64,000 bases of DNA from Pseudomonadota bacterium (GTDB lineage: Bacteria > Pseudomonadota > Gammaproteobacteria > Burkholderiales > Burkholderiaceae_F). The DNA lies in contig JBFMFC010000003.1 in NCBI GenBank assembly GCA_040752195.1, positions 40,110-104,109 of the forward strand. Direction: 5' to 3'. This document shows, piece after piece, positions 58,581 to 64,000 of this stretch; positions within the stretch are counted from its first letter, which is position 1; the number at the start of each line of letters is the position of its first letter. The notes under the pieces are model-generated. The model saw nothing but the letters and a program-made list of their open reading frames with translations, did not search any database and had not been told where the DNA came from. The translations under genes and the position numbers were made by a program.

Positions 58581-59774
58581 GTGACCACGATCGATTCGTT
58601 CTTCGCCATCTGCCCGCGCGGGCTCGAAGCCGTGCTCGCCGGTGAGCTCGCCACGGTCGGCGCGACCGGCATCCGCGCCGAGTCCGGCGGCGTGGCCTTC
58701 GCCGGCGCGCTGCGCACGGCGTACGCGGCGAACCTGCACGCGCGCATCGCCAGCCGCGTGCTGTGGCAGATCGCGCAGGGGTCCTATCGCGACGAGAGGA
58801 GCCTGTACGCGCTCGCCGCCGACGTGCCGTGGGAGCGCCACTTCTCGCCGCGGCAGACGCTGCGCGTCGACCTGAACGCGTCTCGCTCGCCGCTGGCGAG
58901 CCTCGAATTCGCCACGCTCACGGTCAAGGACGCGATCGTCGACCGGATGCGCGCACGGACCGGCGCGCGCCCTTCGATCGACCGCGCCCGCCCCGACGTG
59001 CGCGTGTTCGTCTACCTCGACGAGTCGACGGCGACGCTGTATCTCGACCTGTCCGGAGAGCCGCTGTTCAAGCGCGGCTGGCGCGAGGACAAGGGCGAGG
59101 CACCGCTGAAGGAAAACCTCGCCGCCGGGCTGCTCGCGCTGGCGGGCTGGACACCCGAGGTGGCGTTGCTCGATCCGTTCTGCGGCAGCGGGACCCTCGT
59201 CATCGAAGCGGCCTCGATCGCGGCGCGGCGCGCGCCGGGACTGCAGCGCCGCTTCGCGTTCGAGAAGCTGCAGGGCTTCGACGCCGCGGCCTGGCGCACG
59301 CTGCGCGAGCAGGCGCACGCGGCGATCGACGATCACGCCCCCGCGCTGATCGCGGGTTCGGACATCTCGACGCGCGTGATCGAGACCGCCCGCCGCAACG
59401 CCCGCCTCGCCGGGCTCGACGCGTGGCTCGCCGACGGACGCCTGCGCCTGACGGCCGCCGACGCGCGCAAGATCGAGCCGCCCGCGCCGGCCGGCATGAT
59501 CGTCACGAACCCGCCCTACGGCGAGCAGAGCCATCCGAAGTCCGCGCCGGTGCCGAAGATGATGGGCGAAGTCGCCGACCGGCTGAAGCAGTCGTTCGCG
59601 GGCTGGACCGCGTGGATCCTGAGCGCGGACCGCGCGCTGCCGCGCCAGATGCGGCTGCAGGAAACGCGCCGGACCGTGCTCTTCAATGGCCCGCTGGAGT
59701 GCCGGTTCTTCCGTTTCGAGATCGTCGCCGGCGCGTACCGGCCGCGCAGCGACGCCTCGGCAGCGACGCGTTAG
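58581..59774 (+). CDS. rlmL: THUMP-domain SAM-dependent rRNA methyltransferase (stand-alone RlmL-like)
   Basis: GLEAVLAGEL, THUMP region, APLKENLAAG, DPFCGSGT, TNPPYG. Confidence 0.8.
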   Translation: MTTIDSFFAICPRGLEAVLAGELATVGATGIRAESGGVAFAGALRTAYAANLHARIASRVLWQIAQGSYRDERSLYALAADVPWERHFSPRQTLRVDLNASRSPLASLEFATLTVKDAIVDRMRARTGARPSIDRARPDVRVFVYLDESTATLYLDLSGEPLFKRGWREDKGEAPLKENLAAGLLALAGWTPEVALLDPFCGSGTLVIEAASIAARRAPGLQRRFAFEKLQGFDAAAWRTLREQAHAAIDDHAPALIAGSDISTRVIETARRNARLAGLDAWLADGRLRLTAADARKIEPPAPAGMIVTNPPYGEQSHPKSAPVPKMMGEVADRLKQSFAGWTAWILSADRALPRQMRLQETRRTVLFNGPLECRFFRFEIVAGAYRPRSDASAATR

Positions 59775-59955
59775 GCGTCTGCGCCGCGAAACGCCGCGCA
59801 GACGCCTCGCCTAGCCACGCCGGCCGACCGCCAGAGCCATCGAGGACCGCCGCAAAGCGCCGACTTTCTCCCGGATCTCGCGCGCCGCGCTACGCTGGAA
59901 TGCGCGCGTGAGCGGCCGTCACGCGTGGCCCGGCCGCCGACCGATCGAATCCTCC

Positions 59956-60879
59956 ATGCTGTTCCGCGTTTGCGTCGCGTGCGACCACACGAACCCGCCG
60001 GACTCGCGGTTCTGCGGCAAGTGCGGTGCGCCGCTGCAAGTCAGGTTCTGCCGGTCGTGCCGGTCTCCCAACGACGCCGTGTCGCGCCACTGCCAGTCGT
60101 GCGGCACCGAGCTGCCCGAGCTGGCTGAGCCCGAGGCGGCGCTGCCGTCGAACGGGTCCAGGTCGGCAACGATCCCGCCGCTCGTGATCGCCACGCCCGG
60201 GCGCCCGGTGGGCGATACGGCACCGGCACCGTTCGCTGCGCCGACGACGACGACCGCCGCGGCGTTGCCCGGCGGCGAAGTACCTGCGAACGCAGCGGGC
60301 GCGCCTGCGCTCGACGAGACCCGCGCACTGCCGGCCGGCGCCACCGGCGATCAACCCGCGATCGACGCGCTGCCGCAGCGTCCTGCCGGATCGGCGTCGA
60401 TCCTGGTCGACAGCGCGGTCGCGAACGCGAACCTGACCGAACCGGCCAACGGCGCTCGGCAGTCGGCCCGCGCGCGACGCGGGCCATGGGCTGCGCTCGC
60501 GCTCGCCGTCGCCGTGCTCGGCGTCGCATTCGGCGCGTTCGCGTACAAAGCCTGGCGCAACGGTGCCGCCACCGGACCTACGGAGCGCGCGGTCGCCCCG
60601 CCCCCCACGGCGCCCGCGCCACCGCCGCGCGCACAACCCGACGCACCGAGCCCAACCCCGTCACCCGCGCCAGCCGCCGAGTCTGCCGCGCCGCCCGCCG
60701 CGGGCGCGAGCAAGGCGGCACCGCGCGAACGACGCGAAGCGGCGCCGCGCGTTGTCGAGCGCGCCCCGGCGGGCTCGAGCGCGCCCGCCGCCCCCGCCAT
60801 GCCGGCCCTGCGCGAGTGCACCCCACCCGTCGCGGCGCTGGGCCTGTGTACGCCAGAACCCAAACCGGAAGGAAACTGA
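59956..60879 (+). CDS. double-zinc-ribbon, single-pass membrane protein of unknown function
   Basis: CVAC..N...RFCGKCG and CRSC..N....HCQSCG, Pro/Ala-rich linker, one TM helix (WAALALAVAVLGVAFGAFAY), Pro-rich tail ending CTPPVAALGLC. Confidence 0.85.
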   Translation: MLFRVCVACDHTNPPDSRFCGKCGAPLQVRFCRSCRSPNDAVSRHCQSCGTELPELAEPEAALPSNGSRSATIPPLVIATPGRPVGDTAPAPFAAPTTTTAAALPGGEVPANAAGAPALDETRALPAGATGDQPAIDALPQRPAGSASILVDSAVANANLTEPANGARQSARARRGPWAALALAVAVLGVAFGAFAYKAWRNGAATGPTERAVAPPPTAPAPPPRAQPDAPSPTPSPAPAAESAAPPAAGASKAAPRERREAAPRVVERAPAGSSAPAAPAMPALRECTPPVAALGLCTPEPKPEGN

Positions 60880-60884
60880 AGCCC

Positions 60885-61931
60885 ATGCACCGCTTACTGC
60901 GCAACGCCGCCTTTTTCGCCTGCACCTGCGCGCTGGTCCCCGGCGCCGCACTCGCGGGCACGCCGTACAAGATCGTCACCGCCTCCGAGCGCGGGACCTA
61001 CATCCAGATCGGGCGCGATCTCGCGAAGTACGTCGCGCCCGCGGCCGACATCGATCTGGAGGTGCTGCCGTCGGCGGGCTCTTCGGAGAACGTGCAGCGG
61101 CTGCGCTACGAGCCGGGGGTGAAGTTCGCGCTGGTGCAGTCCGACGTCTATCAGGCCTACATCAACCAGGGCGCGAGCGGCCACGCGGAAGCGGCGCGCA
61201 TCATCCGCCCGCTGCGCGTGATCCTGCCGCTGTACAACGAAGAGATCTACTTCATCGCGCGCGCCGACGCGCCGTACACGTTCGTCCACGAGATCCGCGA
61301 CGCGAAGATCAACGTCGGCCTGCTGCGCAGCGGCACCGCGATGTCGGCCACGACGCTGTACCGGCTGATGTTCGACCGCCCGCTGCCCGACGCCAACATC
61401 TCGTTCCTGTCGAACGAGGAGGCGCTCGCCCGGCTCGTCACGGACAAATCGGTCGACGTGGTCGTGGTCGTCGCGGGGCAACCCGCGAAGCTGCTGACCG
61501 ACATGAAGCCCGAGGCGCGCGCGCTGATCAAGCTGCTGAAGCTCGACCCGAAGCACCCCGCGAGCCAGGCCGCGCTGAAGACCTACTTTCCGACGAGCGT
61601 GCGCGCTTCGCTGCATCCGAATCTGCTGACCGAAGACGTGCCCGGGCTTGCGGTGAAAGCCTACCTCGTCACCTACGACTACAACCAGTCGGCCACGCAG
61701 GCGCGGCTGGCGCGCTTCGCGCGTTCGCTGTGCGAGAACTTCGGCACGCTGCAGGCCGAGGGGCACCCCAAGTGGAAGGAAGTCGAGCTGGCGATGCCCG
61801 AACTCGGCCGCGGCTGGGCGTACTTTCCGCCGATCGCGCGCGAGTTCGAGCGCTGCGTCGCCGCCCGCGCCCAGCCCGCCAAGGCGAAGTCATGCACGAC
61901 CGAGCAGAAGATCCTGGGGCTGTGCGAGTAG
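60885..61931 (+). CDS. TAXI family TRAP solute-binding protein (orphan)
   Basis: Signal peptide, TAS.RGTY.QIG.DL, SAGSSENV, ALVQSD, LYNEEIYFIAR, INVG...SGT; start ATG 60885, 5 nt after the previous stop. Confidence 0.85.
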   Translation: MHRLLRNAAFFACTCALVPGAALAGTPYKIVTASERGTYIQIGRDLAKYVAPAADIDLEVLPSAGSSENVQRLRYEPGVKFALVQSDVYQAYINQGASGHAEAARIIRPLRVILPLYNEEIYFIARADAPYTFVHEIRDAKINVGLLRSGTAMSATTLYRLMFDRPLPDANISFLSNEEALARLVTDKSVDVVVVVAGQPAKLLTDMKPEARALIKLLKLDPKHPASQAALKTYFPTSVRASLHPNLLTEDVPGLAVKAYLVTYDYNQSATQARLARFARSLCENFGTLQAEGHPKWKEVELAMPELGRGWAYFPPIAREFERCVAARAQPAKAKSCTTEQKILGLCE

Positions 61932-61944
61932 CGGCGCGCGCCGC

Positions 61945-62427
61945 TCAGCCGAGCGCCTTTTCGATGTCGGCAGCGATGTCTTCGGGCTTGGTCGTCGGCG
62001 CGTAGCGCGCGATGACCTTTCCATCCCTGCCGATCAGGAACTTGGTGAAGTTCCACTTGATCGCTTCCGAACCGAGCAGCCCGGGTTTGGCCGACGTCAG
62101 GTACTTGAACAGCGGATGCGCGTTCTCGCCGTTGACGTCGACCTTGGCGAACAGCGGGAACGTGACGCCGTAGTTCGTCTCGCAGAACTCGGCGATCTCC
62201 GACTCGGAGCCCGGCTCCTGCGCGCCGAACTGGTTGCACGGGAAGCCCAGCACGACAAAGCCGCGCTTGGCGAACCGCCGGTACAGCGCCTCGAGCCCCT
62301 TGTACTGCGGTGTAAAGCCGCACCGGCTCGCGGTGTTGACGATCAGCAGAACCTTGCCCTTGAAGTCGGCGAGCTTTTTCGGCTTGCCGTCGAGGGTCTT
62401 GGCCGAGAAGTCATAGACGGTCGGCAT
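61945..62427 (-). CDS. glutathione peroxidase family protein
   Basis: VNTASRCGFTPQY, GFPCNQFGAQEP, WNFTKFL; Cys rather than Sec; start ATG 62427. Confidence 0.95.
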   Translation of the reverse strand: MPTVYDFSAKTLDGKPKKLADFKGKVLLIVNTASRCGFTPQYKGLEALYRRFAKRGFVVLGFPCNQFGAQEPGSESEIAEFCETNYGVTFPLFAKVDVNGENAHPLFKYLTSAKPGLLGSEAIKWNFTKFLIGRDGKVIARYAPTTKPEDIAADIEKALG

Positions 62428-62447
62428 ACGCGTCCCCGGTCGGCGGT

Positions 62448-62867
62448 TCAGACGACGAGCCTGGCGTTGAGCACGATGCGCGGCCCGGCGAGCGCTTTCG
62501 ACACGGGGCAGCCCTGCTTGGCGGCTTCGGCGTGCTGCTGGAAGTCGGCCGCCGCCAGCCCGGGCACTTCGGCTTCGGTGGTCAGCTCGATCAGCTCGAT
62601 CGCGGGCCCTTCGCCGAGGTGAACCGCAGCCGTGGTGTGGATGCGCTTGGGCGTGAAGCCCGCTTTCGTCAGCAGCGCCGACAGGAACATCGAATAGCAG
62701 CCTGCGTGCGCCGCGCCGATCAGTTCCTCCGGATTGGTTCCTGGTCCGGACTCGAAGCGCGAAGCGAAGGTGAACGGCCCTTCGTAGGCCCCGCTGCCGA
62801 GCCGCATCGTCCCGGCGCCTTCCTTCAGCGTGCCCTTCCATTCGGCCGACGAGGTGCGTACCGTCAT
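62448..62867 (-). CDS. osmC: OsmC family peroxiredoxin
   Basis: GTNPEELIGAAHAGCYSM, AKQGCPVSKAL. Confidence 0.93.
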   Translation of the reverse strand: MTVRTSSAEWKGTLKEGAGTMRLGSGAYEGPFTFASRFESGPGTNPEELIGAAHAGCYSMFLSALLTKAGFTPKRIHTTAAVHLGEGPAIELIELTTEAEVPGLAAADFQQHAEAAKQGCPVSKALAGPRIVLNARLVV

Positions 62868-63002
62868 GGCGTCCTCCTTGCGTCAGTCACCCGCCGACAT
62901 CGTAGTACGCGCAGCGGCCGGCGCGCAGCGGCCAGCGTGCGGCGGGGAAGACCTGCCGGCTGACGGGAGGTCGTGCGCGGCGGAAGCGCCGCGCCGCTGC
63001 GG

Positions 63003-64000
63003 TCAGCCCGCCAGCCCGAGGTGCTCGATGCCCTTGTGGATCCCCGCCACGCCGCCGTACAGCTTGGAGTTGAGCTTGATCTGCAGCCGCAGATCGTTGA
63101 CGGAGTCGGCGTTGCGCAGCGCATCCTCGTACGAGATCAGTTCGCGCTCGTGCAGATCGAACAGCGCCTGGTCGAACGTCTGCATGCCCTGCTCGCGCGA
63201 GCGCTTCATCACATCCTTGATCTCGTGCACTTCGCCCTTGAAAATCAGGTCCGAGATCAGCGGCGAGTTGAGCATGATCTCGACTGCGGGAATGCGGCCC
63301 TTGCGGTCCTTGAACGCAACGAGCCGCTGCGAAATCATCGCGCGCAGGTTCAGCGACAGATCCATCAGAAGCTGGCTGCGCCTGTCCTCGGGGAAGAAGT
63401 TGATCACGCGGTCGAGCGCCTGATTGGTGCTGTTCGCGTGCAGCGTGCACATCACCAGGTGGCCGGTCTCGGCGAAAGCGATCGCGTGCTCCATCGTTTC
63501 GCGGTCGCGCACCTCGCCGATCAGGATCACGTCGGGCGCCTGCCGCAGCGTGTTCTTCAGCGCCACGCTCCAGCTGTCGCAGTCCACGCCGACCTCGCGC
63601 TGCGTGATGATGCAGTTCTTGTGCGGATGGACGTACTCGATCGGGTCCTCGATCGTGATGATGTGGCCCTGGCTGTTCTCGTTGCGGTAGCCGACCATCG
63701 CGGCGAGCGTGGTCGACTTGCCCGAACCGGTTGCGCCGACCACCATCACGATGCCGCGCTTGGCCATCGCCAGCTCGTTGATCAGCGTCGGCAGGTTCAG
63801 CTCCTCGACCGTCGGGATCCGGTCGGCAATCGTCCGGAAGACGATGCCGACCTTGCCCTGCTGCACGAACGCGGAGACGCGGAAGCGGCCGATCCCGGTC
63901 GGGTTGATCGCGAAGTTGCACTCCTTGGTCGCCTCGAACTCGGCGGCCTGGCGGTCGTTCATGATCGCTCGCACCAGCTCCGCGGTGTGCTGCGCCGTCA
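63003..64000 (-). CDS. pilU: PilT/PilU family twitching-motility ATPase (PilU-like), 5' end outside window
   Basis: GATGSGKST, TIEDPIE, NTLRQAPDVILIGEVRD, HLVMCTLHAN, GMQTFDQ; IMNDRQ..EF is PilU-type. Confidence 0.9.
   Translation of the reverse strand, partial: TAQHTAELVRAIMNDRQAAEFEATKECNFAINPTGIGRFRVSAFVQQGKVGIVFRTIADRIPTVEELNLPTLINELAMAKRGIVMVVGATGSGKSTTLAAMVGYRNENSQGHIITIEDPIEYVHPHKNCIITQREVGVDCDSWSVALKNTLRQAPDVILIGEVRDRETMEHAIAFAETGHLVMCTLHANSTNQALDRVINFFPEDRRSQLLMDLSLNLRAMISQRLVAFKDRKGRIPAVEIMLNSPLISDLIFKGEVHEIKDVMKRSREQGMQTFDQALFDLHERELISYEDALRNADSVNDLRLQIKLNSKLYGGVAGIHKGIEHLGLAG

Noticed and set aside
62100-62427. Selenocysteine glutathione peroxidase
   Set aside because: The active-site codon is TGC (Cys) and there is no in-frame TGA.
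1-64000. CRISPR array, tRNA, rRNA, integron integrase or prophage genes
   Set aside because: No regularly spaced repeats, cloverleaf or rRNA signatures, tyrosine recombinase or phage structural genes were recognised by eye.

Overview
High-GC bacterial chromosomal window. Gene content and order look Burkholderiales/Betaproteobacteria-like (inference). A housekeeping backbone (ispA-xseB, DMT, sulfurtransferase, ZIP, dienelactone hydrolase ... polA, LOG-family, thrB, uvrD, leuS-lptE-holA-proA-hemJ, rlmL-like, gpx, osmC, pilU) surrounds about 35 kb of accessory DNA (4.3-39.6 kb). That block holds a roughly 20 kb acid-sugar catabolic cluster (TRAP + ABC transporters, UxaA and IlvD/Edd dehydratases, four SDRs, FAH, two Ldh_2 and two 2-hydroxyacid dehydrogenases, and a GntR regulator with a 17-bp operator-like site present twice), tldD/tldE, and a pilE-fimT-pilVWX-pilY1 minor-pilin operon. 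It ends in a decayed zone with an acoA/dctP chimeric pseudogene, an IS256 remnant and two cassette-like genes followed by degenerate attC-like hairpins. Most notable: a 350-aa intein in UvrD motif III whose central domain lacks LAGLIDADG motifs and looks GIY-YIG-like; a shared C-terminal C-T-x5-L-G-L-C motif in an adjacent zinc-ribbon membrane protein and an orphan TAXI binding protein; and a 44-bp near-perfect palindrome inside polA. No rRNA, tRNA or CRISPR array was seen. All family calls come from motif recognition by eye; no database search was run.
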